From: Acidimicrobiales bacterium | Lineage (GTDB): Bacteria > Actinomycetota > Acidimicrobiia > Acidimicrobiales > CATQHL01 | Assembly: GCA_965237375.1 (NCBI GenBank) | Contig: CBDEFI010000006.1 | Coordinates: 418,407 to 482,406 of the forward strand | Length of the DNA: 64,000 bases | Reading direction: 5' to 3' | Shown: in pieces, positions 36,329-47,106 of the stretch | Numbering within the stretch: position 1 is the first letter of the stretch | Layout of the letters: each line of letters begins with the position of its first letter | Notes under the pieces: model-generated | Database searches by the model: none | What the model saw: only the letters and a program-made list of their open reading frames with translations | Told to the model about the DNA's origin: nothing | Translations under genes and position numbers: made by a program

Positions 36329-37065
36329 GCCCCCGGGCGCGACGGCGGCGGCCGGCGCAGGATCTCCCGCTGGTGGCGCACGATCTCGGCGATGCCGCCG
36401 GCGGCGAGGTCCAGCATCCGGTCCAGTTCGTGGCGGTCGAAGGGCACCTGCTCGGCGGTGCCCTGGATCTCGATCAGCCTCCCGGCGGCGGTGGTGACGA
36501 TGTTCATGTCCACGTCGGCTCCCGCGTCCTCGCTGTAGTCGGGGTCCAGCACCACGTGACCGCCCACGACGGCAACCGACACGCCTGCGCAGGCATCCAC
36601 AAGAGGATGCGCCCGTAGCTTGCCGTCGGCCAGCAGCCGGCTGAGAGCATCATGCAGCGCCACGTACCCGCCGCAGATCGACGCCACCCGCGTGCCGGCG
36701 TCGGCCTGCAGCACGTCGCAGTCCACGATCACCTGCCGCTCACCGAGGAGGCTCAGGTCGCAGACGGCCCGCAACGAGCGGCCCACCAGACGCTGGATCT
36801 CCTGGGTGCGTCCGGACTGGCGGCCGCTGCGAGCCTCCCGGTTGACGCGCTCGGGCGAACTGCCGGGCAGCATGGAGTACTCGGCGGTCACCCAGCCGCT
36901 GCCCCGGCCCCGCATCCAGCGGGGCACGTCCTCGCTCACCGAAGCGGTGCAGAGAACCCGGGTGCGTCCCATGTCCACGAGCACCGAGCCGTCGGCCATG
37001 GCTGTGTAGTCGCGCGTGAAGTGCAGGGGGCGCAGTTCGTGCGGCGCGCGTCCGTCGGGTCTCAC
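36325..37065 (-). CDS. rph: Ribonuclease PH
   Basis: GTG at 37065 follows GAGGAG. Motifs: [13 protein letters not shown]...[18 protein letters not shown]...[15 protein letters not shown]...[17 protein letters not shown]...[21 protein letters not shown]. It overlaps the rdgB start. Confidence 0.92.
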   Translation of the reverse strand: MRPDGRAPHELRPLHFTRDYTAMADGSVLVDMGRTRVLCTASVSEDVPRWMRGRGSGWVTAEYSMLPGSSPERVNREARSGRQSGRTQEIQRLVGRSLRAVCDLSLLGERQVIVDCDVLQADAGTRVASICGGYVALHDALSRLLADGKLRAHPLVDACAGVSVAVVGGHVVLDPDYSEDAGADVDMNIVTTAAGRLIEIQGTAEQVPFDRHELDRMLDLAAGGIAEIVRHQREILRRPPPSRPGA

Positions 37066-37261
37066 CTGTGGTCTCCTCGCTTCGGGATCGACAACCCCGC
37101 CACGTTGGTGCGCCCGGGGTGCGATCAGGTTAGGGGGTGCCCCTGCCGGCGAACTCCGGCCTCTCCTCGGCGCCGGCGGCATCGCCTGTGAGGCCATTCC
37201 CACCCCAACGTGCCACGTGCCGCGCAAGCACAGTTCACGCGTCGGTCCTATAGTGCTCGCC

Positions 37262-39130
37262 ATGACAAAGAAACCTCTCCCCACAAGGGGAAAGACCCAT
37301 CGAATCGGCCTGAGAAGGCTCGCAGTCGCCCTGGCGGCTACCGGCCTTCTGGTCTCGGCGGTGGCACTCGTGCCAACCGCGCTCAACGCACAGGACAACG
37401 CGGACTTCACGCTCACCATCCTGCACAACAACGACGGCGAGTCGAAGCTGCTGCCCAATGCGGACAGGGGCTTCCCCGGCATCGCCCGGTTCGTGACCGC
37501 TCTGCGGAACCTGCAGTCCGGCGCCACCACCGACGGGGTGGTCACCTTCACGTCGGGCGACAACTTCCTGGCCTCCAAGGAGTTCAACATCAGCCTCGAG
37601 CAGGGAGTCCCGTTCTATGACTCCATCGCCCTGAGCGGCCTGTACGACGCCATGGCGGTCGGGAACCACGACATGGACTTCGGCCCCGACGTGGCCGCGG
37701 ACTTCTTCAGGGGCTTCGACCCGCCGGTGGTGTTCCTCTCGGCCAACATGGACGTGTCCGCTGAGCCGGTGCTCGTGGCCATGGTCGAGCAAGGTCGCCT
37801 CGCCCGCAGCACCGTCGTGGAAACCGGCGGCGAGAGGATCGGCGTCATCGGCGCCATCACCCCGATGCTGATAGCGATCTCCACGCCACGCGACACCATC
37901 ATCTCCGACGTTGCCACGGCGGTCAACGCCGAGGTCGCGGCCCTCACCGCCGACGGCGTCAACAAGATCATCCTCATCAGCCACCTCCAAGCGGTGCGCG
38001 AGGACGTGGAGGCGCTCGCCTCCATATCGGGGGTGGACGTGGCCATCGCGGGCGGCGGCGACGAGATGCTGCGCAGCGACACGAGTACCTGCCTGCCCGA
38101 GGAGGAGGCGAGGGGTCCGTACCCGACGGAAGCCACCGACGCCGACGGCAACACCGTGCCGGTCATCACAGCGCCCGGCGGCTATCGCTGCATCGGCGAA
38201 CTCATCGCCACGTTCGACGCCGACGGGAACCTGCTCTCCGCTGAGGGTCGCTCCATCGGCGTGAGCCTCGACGAGACCCCCGACCCCGACGTCCTGGCGT
38301 CGGTGGAGGAGCCCCTGATCGCAGCTCTGGTAGCGCTGGATTCCAACATCCTGGCCACCACCGAGGTGGACCTGGATGGTCGGCGCTCCCAGATCCGCAC
38401 GCGCGAGACCAACGAGGGCAACCTGGTCGCCGACGCCTCGCTCTGGGTGGGCACCCAGCGGGCCGAGGCCTACGGCGCGCCGGTCCCGGACATCGGGCTG
38501 CAGGGCGGCGGCGGCATCCGCAACGACTCGATCCTGCCCGCCGGCAGCGACCTCACCGAGTCCACCACCTGGGACATCTCGCCGTTCAACAACTACATGG
38601 CCACCATCGTGCTGACGCGCGAACGGCTGAAGGAGGCGCTGGAGGTCTCCTACGACTGCATCCCGGGCGGCTGCGGGCAGTACTCGCAGGTGGCAGGCAT
38701 GAGCGTGGTGGTCGACATCGGCATGCCGGCCCGCGAGACCGACCGCGAAGGCGACTGCTCCAACAACGGCCACGAAGGGGCCCGTGTGCGCAGCGTCGTC
38801 CTCGATGACGGCACGGTCATCGTCGAAGACGGCGAGGTCGTCCCGGGCGATACGGTCGTCCTGACGACGGTGAGCTGGTTCGCCAACGGCGGGGACTGCT
38901 TCCCGGCTGCCGATCTGGACCACACCCGCCTGGGCATCTCCGACCAGCGCGCTCTGGCCGAGTACATCGTCGATGGCCTCGGCGGCGTCGTGACGGCCGA
39001 GCAGTACCCGGTCGGCGGCGAGGGCCGCGTCACCATCATCGACTCGTCCGCGGACGAGATGGGTGACATGGACGACGGCGCGGGAGCCGAGGAGGAGACG
39101 GGACCGCCTCCGGAAGAGCCCACCGGCTAG
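37262..39130 (+). CDS. Secreted 5'-nucleotidase / metallophosphoesterase family protein
   Basis: Signal peptide. Motifs: [25 protein letters not shown], and a C-terminal 5'-nucleotidase substrate-binding-like region ([11 protein letters not shown]...). Confidence 0.8.
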   Translation: MTKKPLPTRGKTHRIGLRRLAVALAATGLLVSAVALVPTALNAQDNADFTLTILHNNDGESKLLPNADRGFPGIARFVTALRNLQSGATTDGVVTFTSGDNFLASKEFNISLEQGVPFYDSIALSGLYDAMAVGNHDMDFGPDVAADFFRGFDPPVVFLSANMDVSAEPVLVAMVEQGRLARSTVVETGGERIGVIGAITPMLIAISTPRDTIISDVATAVNAEVAALTADGVNKIILISHLQAVREDVEALASISGVDVAIAGGGDEMLRSDTSTCLPEEEARGPYPTEATDADGNTVPVITAPGGYRCIGELIATFDADGNLLSAEGRSIGVSLDETPDPDVLASVEEPLIAALVALDSNILATTEVDLDGRRSQIRTRETNEGNLVADASLWVGTQRAEAYGAPVPDIGLQGGGGIRNDSILPAGSDLTESTTWDISPFNNYMATIVLTRERLKEALEVSYDCIPGGCGQYSQVAGMSVVVDIGMPARETDREGDCSNNGHEGARVRSVVLDDGTVIVEDGEVVPGDTVVLTTVSWFANGGDCFPAADLDHTRLGISDQRALAEYIVDGLGGVVTAEQYPVGGEGRVTIIDSSADEMGDMDDGAGAEEETGPPPEEPTG

Positions 39131-39204
39131 TTCATCACCAGCCGCTGAACCGAGTCCGGCCCCGGGTGTTGAGCCCGGGGCCGGCCCCTTCCCGGAGCCG
39201 CACT

Positions 39205-39339
39205 CGTCATTCCGGCGAAGGCCGGAATCCATGCGTACTGAGATTCCCCCCAGCACCATCCGTCGATGTCCACACGCGTCATTCCGGCGAAGGCCGGAAT
39301 CCATGCGTGCTGAGATTCCCCCCGGCACCATCCGTCGAT
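39205..39339. repeat. Two tandem 63-bp hairpin-containing intergenic repeats (period 72 bp) between convergent genes
   Basis: cgtcattccggcgaaggccggaatccatgcgt.ctgagattcccccc.gcaccatccgtcgat occurs twice (39205-39267 and 39277-39339). The stem is TTCCGGC-GAAG-GCCGGAA. This is a likely REP-like or bidirectional terminator element. Confidence 0.7.
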
Positions 39340-39353
39340 TGTGCCGGAGCCGG

Positions 39354-40304
39354 TCAGAAGTAGATGATCCGCTCGGCGCGGGCGACGACCTCGTCGATGG
39401 GGTCGGTCCACGCCCGCGTCGAGAGGTACTTCCAGCCACCGTCGGCGGCCACGAAGACGATCACGCCTGATTCGATGCGCTCCGCCACCCGGCAGGCCCC
39501 GGCCAGGGCCGCCCCGCTGGAGATGCCAGCGAACACCGACACCTCGGCGGCCAGGCGCCTCGTGTAGTCGATTGCCTCGCGGGTGCGGATAATGCGCTTG
39601 CCGTCGAGCAGCTCGTCACCGCCCCAGTTCTCGTAGACGGGCGGGATGTAGCCGTCGTCCAGGCTGCGCAGCCCCTCCACCTTCTCCCCCGCCGGCGGCT
39701 CCACGGCATACAGCAGCACGTCCGGCTTGTTCTCCTTCAGGTACCGGCCGCAGCCCATGAGCGTCCCGGCGGTGCCCAGGCCGGCCACGAAGTGCGTGAT
39801 GTCGGGGCAGTCGGCGAGGATCTCCGGGCCGGTCGTCTCGTAGTGCGCCCGTGGGTTGGCCTCGTTGGCGTACTGGCACAGGTACGCCCATTCGGGATGC
39901 TCGGCGGCGAGGCGCTCGGCGCGGCGCACCGCCCCGTTGGAGCCCTCGGCGCCCGGCGAGTCGATCACCTCTGCGCCGTAGATGGCCAGCAGGTCGCGCC
40001 GCTCGCTGGACACGTTCTCCGGCAGGACGATCTTCACCGGGTAGCCACGCAGCCGGGCGATCAGCGCCAGGGCGATGCCGGTGTTGCCAGACGAGGGCTC
40101 CAGGATGATGGTCCCCGGCTGCAGCGTCCCGTCGGCCTCCGCGGCGTCGATCATCGAGCGGGCGACGCGATCCTTCACCGAACCGCCGGGGTTCTGACCC
40201 TCCAGCTTGGCGAGGATGCGCACCGCCGGGTTGGGGCTCAGCACGCTCACGTCCACGACGGGCGTGTTGCCTATGCAATCGATAACGGAGGCGTGGACGG
40301 GCAT
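39354..40304 (-). CDS. cysM: PLP-dependent cysteine synthase (CysM/CysK family)
   Basis: IGNTPVV...AKLEGQNPGGSVKDRVA...EPSSGNTGIALA...GLGTAGTLMG...GISSGAAL. It is adjacent to a Mec-like JAMM gene, as in the actinobacterial mec-cysO-cysM cluster. Confidence 0.85.
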   Translation of the reverse strand: MPVHASVIDCIGNTPVVDVSVLSPNPAVRILAKLEGQNPGGSVKDRVARSMIDAAEADGTLQPGTIILEPSSGNTGIALALIARLRGYPVKIVLPENVSSERRDLLAIYGAEVIDSPGAEGSNGAVRRAERLAAEHPEWAYLCQYANEANPRAHYETTGPEILADCPDITHFVAGLGTAGTLMGCGRYLKENKPDVLLYAVEPPAGEKVEGLRSLDDGYIPPVYENWGGDELLDGKRIIRTREAIDYTRRLAAEVSVFAGISSGAALAGACRVAERIESGVIVFVAADGGWKYLSTRAWTDPIDEVVARAERIIYF

Positions 40305-40429
40305 GGCAGGCTGCCGGCAATTGTTGACTGAATCGCTGGGGATTCTACCGGGTGGTTCTCACGCCCATGCCTTCGCCTGGACGCCGCCTCTCGCACCGAC
40401 ACGCCCCGGGCGACCTCGCAGCACCGGCC

Positions 40430-40846
40430 TCACGCCCCAACCTGCACCTGCTCCTCGCTGATCACCCCGGCGAGAATGCGGTAGCTGCGCAGCACCGGCT
40501 CGGGATGCTTTAACGAGACGATCACGTGGTGCCACACGCCGAGAGGGTCGAAGCGGGCGGCCTGGGCCACGTCGGTGGGCGAGGGATAGGCCGTCGTGCG
40601 GGAGTGGGAGTGCATGACACCCACGACCACCAGATCCGCCGCCTCGGCCCGGTTCTCGACCGCGAGATGTTCGGCACCGTCGAGTTCGTAGATGCGTTCG
40701 GAGGCGGCGGCGTTGGTCATCGGGTAGAAGGCTGCCACGTCGTCGCTGCCCGAAGCGGCGGCGAACAGCCCGCAGGCCTCCAGCGGCATGCCCGCCACGG
40801 CATGGGCCAACATCCGGTGGTACACGTCGCTGTTCAACGTCAGCAC
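40430..40846 (-). CDS. mec: JAMM/MPN+ metalloprotease (Mec-like)
   Basis: PLEACGLF...VGVMHSHSRTTAYPSPTDV, i.e. an E...HSH...S..D JAMM motif. Confidence 0.8.
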   Translation of the reverse strand: MLTLNSDVYHRMLAHAVAGMPLEACGLFAAASGSDDVAAFYPMTNAAASERIYELDGAEHLAVENRAEAADLVVVGVMHSHSRTTAYPSPTDVAQAARFDPLGVWHHVIVSLKHPEPVLRSYRILAGVISEEQVQVGA

Positions 40847-40914
40847 AGCGCCCAGCGTACGGCCACCCGATCCCTCCGCCGCCCCCGTCGGCGACCGCTC
40901 GCTACCCTGCGGAC

Positions 40915-41403
40915 ATGACCGATCGGGACGTCAAGGTTGTCGCCACCAACCGGCGCGCCCGGCGCGACTACGAGATCATCGCCACCTACGAATGCGGTCT
41001 GGTGCTCCGTGGCAGCGAGGTGAAATCGCTGCGCGACGGAACGGTGACGCTGGCCGAGGCCTACGGCAGGGTGAGCCGTGGTGAGGTCTGGCTGCACTCG
41101 ATGCACGTGCCGCCTCATGCCAACACCGGCGGTGCGTTCGCGCTCGACGCCGACCGGCCACGCAAGCTGCTGCTGCACCGCACGGAGATCAACCGGATCC
41201 GTGTCCGGGTCGAGCAGGACGGACTGCTGCTCATCCCCCTGGCGGTGTACTTCAGCGATGGGCGCGCCAAGGTGGAGATGGCCGTAGCGCGGCGGCAGCG
41301 CAAGGTGGATCGCCGGACCGTTCTGGCCCGCCGCGAGGCCGAGTTGGAAGCGCGCCGGGCGCTCGCCCAAGCCAACCGCGACCACGACCGCTACAGGCGC
41401 TGA
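40915..41403 (+). CDS. smpB: SsrA-binding protein
   Basis: ATNRRARRDYEI..TYECGLVLRGSEVKSLR...W L..MHV.P...........DRPRKLLLHR.EI. Confidence 0.92.
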   Translation: MTDRDVKVVATNRRARRDYEIIATYECGLVLRGSEVKSLRDGTVTLAEAYGRVSRGEVWLHSMHVPPHANTGGAFALDADRPRKLLLHRTEINRIRVRVEQDGLLLIPLAVYFSDGRAKVEMAVARRQRKVDRRTVLARREAELEARRALAQANRDHDRYRR

Positions 41404-41462
41404 GCGTGCCACGGGCGAGAGTCGACTCTCGTATCCGGAGATCACCTGCTAGCATTCCGGCG

Positions 41463-43265
41463 ATGGGCGTCGCCCGTATCTCCCGAATGATTGGCGAATG
41501 CCCATGCCCCGGTCGGCAGGCAGTGCTCGCCGCGTTCGCGCTGGTGGCTCTGCTGACGGCCTGGCCCTCCGGACCCGCCAGCGGCCAGACCGTCGAGGGC
41601 AGCGGCTCGACTCCCTCCTTCACCGCCGTGAGCGCCGGCAGCCTGCACACGTGTGCGCTGCAGATCGGCGGCGCCGTCGCCTGCTGGGGATATAACGAAC
41701 ACGGCCAGAGCGACGCCCCGTCGGGAATCTTCACCGCCGTCAGTGCGGGCGTCCTGCACTCCTGCGGTCTGCGCGCCGACGGCTCCATAGCCTGCTGGGG
41801 CGAGGACATCCGAGCCGAATCCACCCCGCCCGTCGGCACCTTCCGCGCCGTCAGCGCCAGCGACCTGCACACGTGCGCCATCCGCACCGACAACACCGTC
41901 AACTGCTGGGGCGACCCCACAAACGGCCGGACGAGCGCGCCGGGCGGCACCTTCACGACTGTCAGCGCCGGCGGAGCACACACGTGCGGCATCCGCACCG
42001 ACGGCACCGTCACCTGCTGGGGCGACAACGCCAACGGCCAGACCGATGTACCCACCGGTAGCTTCACCGCCGTCAGCGCGGGCAGCCGGCACACCTGCGG
42101 CCTCCATACCGACGGCACCGTCACCTGCTGGGGCGACAACGCCAACGGCCAGGCCACCCCTCCGACCGGTAGCTTCACCACTGTCAGTGCCGACTACCGG
42201 CACACCTGCGCGGTCAGCACCGACAACGCCATCACCTGCTGGGGCCGCAACACTTCCGGCCAGAGCGACGCCCCCTCGGGGGCCTTCATCAAGGTGTCCG
42301 CCGGCGGTTCGCACTCCTGCGCCGTAAGCACCTCCTACACGGTCACGTGCTGGGGCCACGATGGTCACGGCCAGACCAGCCTCGCCGCCGTGGGCGCCCC
42401 GGCGCCGGCCGCAGCAGCCAGCGTTCGAACCTTCACCGCCATCAGCGCCGGCGGTGCGCACACCTGCGCCATCGGCGCCGCGAACGTCGTCACTTGCTGG
42501 GGCGACAGCCGGTTCGAACAGTTCGTGACCCAGTCCCCCGCTCTCTCGACCGCGCCCAGCGGGGCTTTCACCGCCATCAGCGCCGGCGGTGCGTACACCT
42601 GCGCCATCGGCGCCGCGAACGTCGTCACCTGCTGGAGCCCAGGCGACGACAGGATCGACGCACCCTCGGGCACGTTCACGGCCATGAGCGCCGGCAGCAG
42701 GCACACCTGCGGCATCCGCACCAACAACACCGTCGCGTGCTGGGGCGACAATGGCAACGGCCAAGCCTCGCCGCCCACCGGCACCTTCACCGCCATCAGC
42801 GCGGGCAGCCTGTACACCTGCGGCATCCGCACCGCCGGCACGGTCACTTGCTGGGGCCGTGACGTTCTCGACAACATCGGCACGCCCGGCGACACCTTCA
42901 CCGCTGTCAGCGTCGGCTGGCTCCACGCCTGCGGCATCCGCACCGACGGCAGGGTCGACTGCTGGGGCCGCGACGACAACGGCCAGACCGACGCACCCTC
43001 CGGTACCTACACCGCCATCAGCGCCGGCAGCCGGCACACCTGCGCCATCCACACCAACGGCACCATCGCCTGCTGGGGCGACAACGGCTACGGCCAGATC
43101 GACACACCCTCCGGCACGTTCACCGCCATCAGCGCCGGCAACCTGCACTCCTGCGCCATCACCACCGACAGTGCCGCGTTCTGCTGGGGTGACGACCGAT
43201 TCAAACAGTCCAGCGTGCCGACGACGGTCTCTCCGGGACCAGCGCTGGACATCCCGGCGATCTGA
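41463..43265 (+). CDS. Secreted RCC1-repeat (beta-propeller) protein
   Basis: Signal peptide, then ~11-12 repeats of F(T/R)A(V/I)SAG..HTC(A/G)(I/L)..(D/N)(G/N).(V/I).CWG.(N/D)..GQ...P.G. Confidence 0.85.
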   Translation: MGVARISRMIGECPCPGRQAVLAAFALVALLTAWPSGPASGQTVEGSGSTPSFTAVSAGSLHTCALQIGGAVACWGYNEHGQSDAPSGIFTAVSAGVLHSCGLRADGSIACWGEDIRAESTPPVGTFRAVSASDLHTCAIRTDNTVNCWGDPTNGRTSAPGGTFTTVSAGGAHTCGIRTDGTVTCWGDNANGQTDVPTGSFTAVSAGSRHTCGLHTDGTVTCWGDNANGQATPPTGSFTTVSADYRHTCAVSTDNAITCWGRNTSGQSDAPSGAFIKVSAGGSHSCAVSTSYTVTCWGHDGHGQTSLAAVGAPAPAAAASVRTFTAISAGGAHTCAIGAANVVTCWGDSRFEQFVTQSPALSTAPSGAFTAISAGGAYTCAIGAANVVTCWSPGDDRIDAPSGTFTAMSAGSRHTCGIRTNNTVACWGDNGNGQASPPTGTFTAISAGSLYTCGIRTAGTVTCWGRDVLDNIGTPGDTFTAVSVGWLHACGIRTDGRVDCWGRDDNGQTDAPSGTYTAISAGSRHTCAIHTNGTIACWGDNGYGQIDTPSGTFTAISAGNLHSCAITTDSAAFCWGDDRFKQSSVPTTVSPGPALDIPAI

Positions 43266-43324
43266 GCCCTACACCGCGGCATTGTCACAGCGGTCGCTAA
43301 GGTGAGCGATGCGCACATTGAAAA

Positions 43325-43708
43325 GGGGCTGATCGGTTTCGACGTCGAGACCGGGAACCGTGCTACGCGACCGGAGTTGCTCAGACTCCAAAAACGGGGC
43401 ACCAAAGACACGGCAATGATGAACCCGTGCTCCTCGCCGCCTGATCACCTGATCGGACAGTGAGGTAACTGCGACCCCTACGGGGGCACGCGGGGCCCGT
43501 CCGCTGCAGCCTGGCAACAGAAGCAGGGGAGGACAGCAGGGAAAGACCGCTGACGGTGGGAAAGACCGCTGACATCGGAGAAAGATCCGACGGAGCCCTC
43601 ACGGGCAACCGACCCGGCGGTGAGCAACCCGCAAAGCTGTAACCGGGAATGGTCGTATCGGAGACGGCAACCGCTCGACGGACGGGGGTTCGATTCCCCC
43701 CAGCTCCA
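43325..43708 (+). ncRNA. ssrA: tmRNA (SsrA)
   Basis: The 5' GGGGCTGATCGGTTTCGAC pairs with the 3' ...GGACGGGGGTTCGATTCCCCCCAGCTCCA (tRNA-Ala-like acceptor and T arm). The tag ORF is GGC AAT GAT GAA CCC GTG CTC CTC GCC GCC TGA (43412-43444), giving GNDEPVLLAA. It lies downstream of smpB. Confidence 0.9.
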
Positions 43709-43806
43709 CTTTGGGCTCTTAGCGAGTTAGGGCTCGCTGAGTTGTCCAGTTATGCGTTGGCGCGCCGGTTCGGCGCTGGTTTGGGCTGTTTGCGCGCGTT
43801 GGGGGG

Positions 43807-45690
43807 CTAGTTGGTGGTGCCTTCGGCGTCGCTGGGAGCGGCCCGCGTGCTGGTTGTTGGTTTCCGGGCGCGGCGAGGCCAGCGGTGTTGATCCGCTGGC
43901 TGTGGGGGTGTCGGCGTGGGGCGGCTAGGGCGGCGCGCGGCCTGTGGCGGGCCTTGGTGCGGGGTGACGGTCAGGTTCGCCGCCGGAGTCTTGTGGTGTG
44001 TGCGGTGTTGTTGTCGGCGTGTGCGTGTCTGCGGCCTCGGTTTGGGCGCTGAGGTTGAGGTTGTAGATGACTGCTTGGGCGAGCGCTGCGATGGCGCGGG
44101 GAATTCTGCTGAGCGACCGGCACGTTCCGGCGAGGAGTGCTCCTTTGTGGCGTAGCCGGGAGTTGGTGTTTTCGATTTGGTTTCGTCTCCCGAAGCTGCT
44201 TCGCCACGCCGTTGTGCCGTAGGGGACGTTCTGGTAGTTGGCGAGTTGGCTGCTGTTGAGGGTGATGAGCCCGTCGCAGCAGTGTTCGGTGGTGACGCCG
44301 GCGAGGTAGGGCACGGGACCGCCGCCGCATCGTTGGCGAGGGTTGCGGGTACGGGCGTTGGTGTTGACGCGTCCGGCGCATTGGGGGCAGCGCATCTGGA
44401 TTGCGCCGTCGCGCAGGTGCTGGTGGGGCGAGTAGCGCCAGCGGCTGCGCTGGTCGTAGAAGTCGGTGCATTGTGGCTGGTCGGCCCTTCGGGTGGTGTG
44501 TGGAGCGCTTCGGGCACCCAGGAGGGCAGGAGGGTGCCGCAGTGGTCGATGACGGGTTGTTGGTGGCGGCCAGCGGTGACGGCTTTGGGGCGGGCGACTT
44601 CGGTGCTGCGATAGTCCATGACCACGTCGAGGCCGCGTTCGCGCAGGTGCCGCACGAAGTTGGTTCGTTTGAGGGTGTAGCCGAGATCGGCGACGACCTC
44701 TTGGAGGTTGGGTGCGTGGCGGGTCGTGTCTTCGATGGCTTCGCGGCCGACGGGTCCGGGGTTCGTGGAGGCGGCGACGAACGCCAACGCGCAGATGTAG
44801 GCGGGTGGGAGGTCTGTGAGCGTGAGTCGGGTCGGGTCGCCGCTCCAGTGCGCGCCGCGCACCGCCACGGCGACGTGGAAGTCGTAGCCGAGGCCGAGGC
44901 CGGCGGGGCGCTTGGAGGTCGCGGAGTGGTAGCCGGGCCGCGCGTCGGTATCGGCGCTGCGTATGAGGCGACCGTCGGGGCCGATCGTGCCGATGGCTCC
45001 GGAGCCGTCGGGGCGTAGCGGTTCGGGTTCGGGCAGGTCGGGGATCTGTCGGGCGGCGAGGCGGTGCTGCGCGACAGCGTCGGGGGTGAAGTCCCGGGTG
45101 ACGGCCCACGTCTCCACGAAGGTGCTGTCGAGCGCCACGGCGGTGATGGAGCGGCGTTGGTCGCGGGGGATGGTCGCGTCGAGGAGTGTGCGCGTGAGCC
45201 ACGCCAGGTCTCGTTTCTTCCCGCACGGCGATGTCCACCCGTCACGCACCGCTAGTTCCAAGCGGCGGAGCTGCTTTTGGGTCGTGTGGTAGGAGACGGG
45301 CCGTCGGGTGTGTTCGTCGCAGAGCCCGAGCGTGTAGGCGAGCGTGGCGTCGAAGCTGTTGATCACAGCGCAGATGTCGCTGCGCAGATAGTTCTTCTTC
45401 TCCTCGCCCGCCAACAGCACCGCCACGAGCAGCGCCTCGACATTCAGACGCGACTTCGGCCCGGGGTGCGCTCCGAGCCATCGTTGCAGCTCCTCGCCGA
45501 CCCCGGATCGCCGCACCACGTCCAGGTAGCGGTGTGCGCGGCGCGGGTCGGTGTACGTCGGTGTCGCAGTGGTGGCGCTCGGATGGTCCTCGGGGAGGCG
45601 GCGTGCCGCGTTCAGGAGGCGCCGCGCGTCGCCGTCGAGGCGCCCCTTGCGCTTCGCGTGTTCGCGTCGTCGATGCTCGGCCCGGTTCAC
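43807..45690 (-). pseudogene. Large DDE transposase-like protein (IS4/IS1182-like catalytic signatures), frameshifted near 44480-44520
   Basis: GTG at 45690 overlaps the upstream stop (GTGA). Motifs: ALDSTFVETWA, GYDFHVAV, VVADLGYT. After the frame change: RCPQCAGRV...FGRRNQIENTNSRLRHKG...AIAALAQAVIYNLNL. Confidence 0.6.
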
Positions 45691-46610
45691 GCTCCGAGCC
45701 CCCCAACGGCCGCGTCCTCCTCTGACCTCGCTGCGGCGATGTGGCCGGCGAGCGCATCTAGCGTGTTCGCCGACAGCGGTCCCGCGATGCGCCTCAGCGC
45801 GCCGAGCGGCGTGCCGGCGGTGAGGTGGGCGCACAACCAGGTGGCACGGGCCCGCCGCAGCGACAAACCGTCACGGTCCCTGTCGCCGAGGCTTTCCAGC
45901 AGCTTGTGCACGGCGTTGCGGCCGTGGCCGTTCACCAGCGGCCCACAGGATGCGCCCCGCTGGAGGCGCACTGCCAAGGCGGTGTAGGACGAGCGAACGG
46001 GCACGAGCCGTGCGTGCGGCCCCCGGACACGTACCGCTATGCGCTCCCCGGCGAGCGCGACGAGATCCTCACCCTGTGCGTCGGCGAGTTCGGGACCGCG
46101 CAGGCCCGCACCGAGCGCGCCGCACACCACCCAGCCCCGGCGAGTGTCGCTGCGCCGGACACCGAGGCTCACCGCCAACCGCCACGTGGCCTCCTCGCCG
46201 CACGAGTACGGCTCTGCGGCGCCCTGCCGGCCGAACCGTTGCGTCGCCTCGGCCCAGCCCGCCGGGTTCGCGGCCCGACCGACGACCCGCAAACACCACC
46301 GCGTGTCGCTGCGCCAGGTGGCTGCCCGGTCCGCGCAGGCGACCATCGTGTAGTACTCCACGTTCGCCGGCGCCAGCACGGTCTCCGCGTCGGTGGTGCC
46401 CAAGGACCGTGACGCCCACAGTGCGATCCCCGCGGTGGCGCGCACGAAACGGCGCGCCATGACAGCCGTCGCCGGCTCCGCGGCGACGACCCAGCCGTGC
46501 ACCAGCGGCAAGAGAACCTCCACGGCCTCGACATCCCCCAAAGGCCACCCGATCGGGCACCAGTCCTCGATGGCCCGAGCCGCCTCGACGCCGACAGTGG
46601 GGCTCATCAC
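45687..46610 (-). CDS. Hypothetical protein, weakly tyrosine-recombinase-like C-terminus
   Basis: 307 aa: ...LSLRRARATWLCAHLTAGTPLGALRRIAGPLSANTLDAL. It is translationally coupled to the DDE-like gene. I could not confirm a catalytic Tyr. Confidence 0.4.
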   Translation of the reverse strand: MMSPTVGVEAARAIEDWCPIGWPLGDVEAVEVLLPLVHGWVVAAEPATAVMARRFVRATAGIALWASRSLGTTDAETVLAPANVEYYTMVACADRAATWRSDTRWCLRVVGRAANPAGWAEATQRFGRQGAAEPYSCGEEATWRLAVSLGVRRSDTRRGWVVCGALGAGLRGPELADAQGEDLVALAGERIAVRVRGPHARLVPVRSSYTALAVRLQRGASCGPLVNGHGRNAVHKLLESLGDRDRDGLSLRRARATWLCAHLTAGTPLGALRRIAGPLSANTLDALAGHIAAARSEEDAAVGGLGA

Positions 46611-47106
46611 GATGCCCTAGCGGTACCGTTGGGACGGGGTTCGGAATTTGTGCGAAGCGCGCTCTGGGCGCTAGTGTTCCGCATAGTTGTTGGAGCCGCA
46701 GCACCCCTCCGTCGGCCAAGACATTCGGGGTGTTGCGGCTCTTTCCCTTCCTTCTGTTCCTAGCGCTCTCGCGCCCTTCTAGATCCGTACAACACAGCGC
46801 GTCCCGCTCCGGCCGCCAGGACCACGCCGGCAACACGCGACACGACCGAAACGTCGCCTAGCTCGATAAACGCCCCCTCACCGTGAGGCATCAAGCACCC
46901 TCCAACCCCCTCGTCGCCGATTTTGCGCATTGTCCAACTACTTAGACAGTTGTACCCAGCAAGGGCCGCCGGTGGGTGCGGTGGGGCCCGTTATCGAACC
47001 GTTCTGTTACCCGCCCACAACACTCACGTCGAGCGCCACTGCACCCGCCATGGCACCTGGCACGCGGTCGGGCACGCGCACCCGCCACGCACTACCGTCA
47101 CCGCCA

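Noticed and set aside
37235-39439. 734-aa minus-strand ORF opposite the 5'-nucleotidase gene
   Set aside because: It has a low-complexity G/A/R/V/D composition and no motifs. The plus-strand frame carries clear metallophosphatase motifs. This is a GC-driven antisense ORF.
40305-40429. Search for a hidden cysO or a riboswitch between mec and cysM
   Set aside because: No ORF longer than ~25 codons exists in any frame, and I could discern no conserved riboswitch-like helices. I report it only as an absence.
41252-43148. 309-aa and 568-aa minus-strand ORFs opposite the RCC1-repeat gene
   Set aside because: They are periodic only because they mirror the RCC1 repeats. Their composition is Gly/Ala/Asp/Val-rich without starts or signals. 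These are antisense artefacts.
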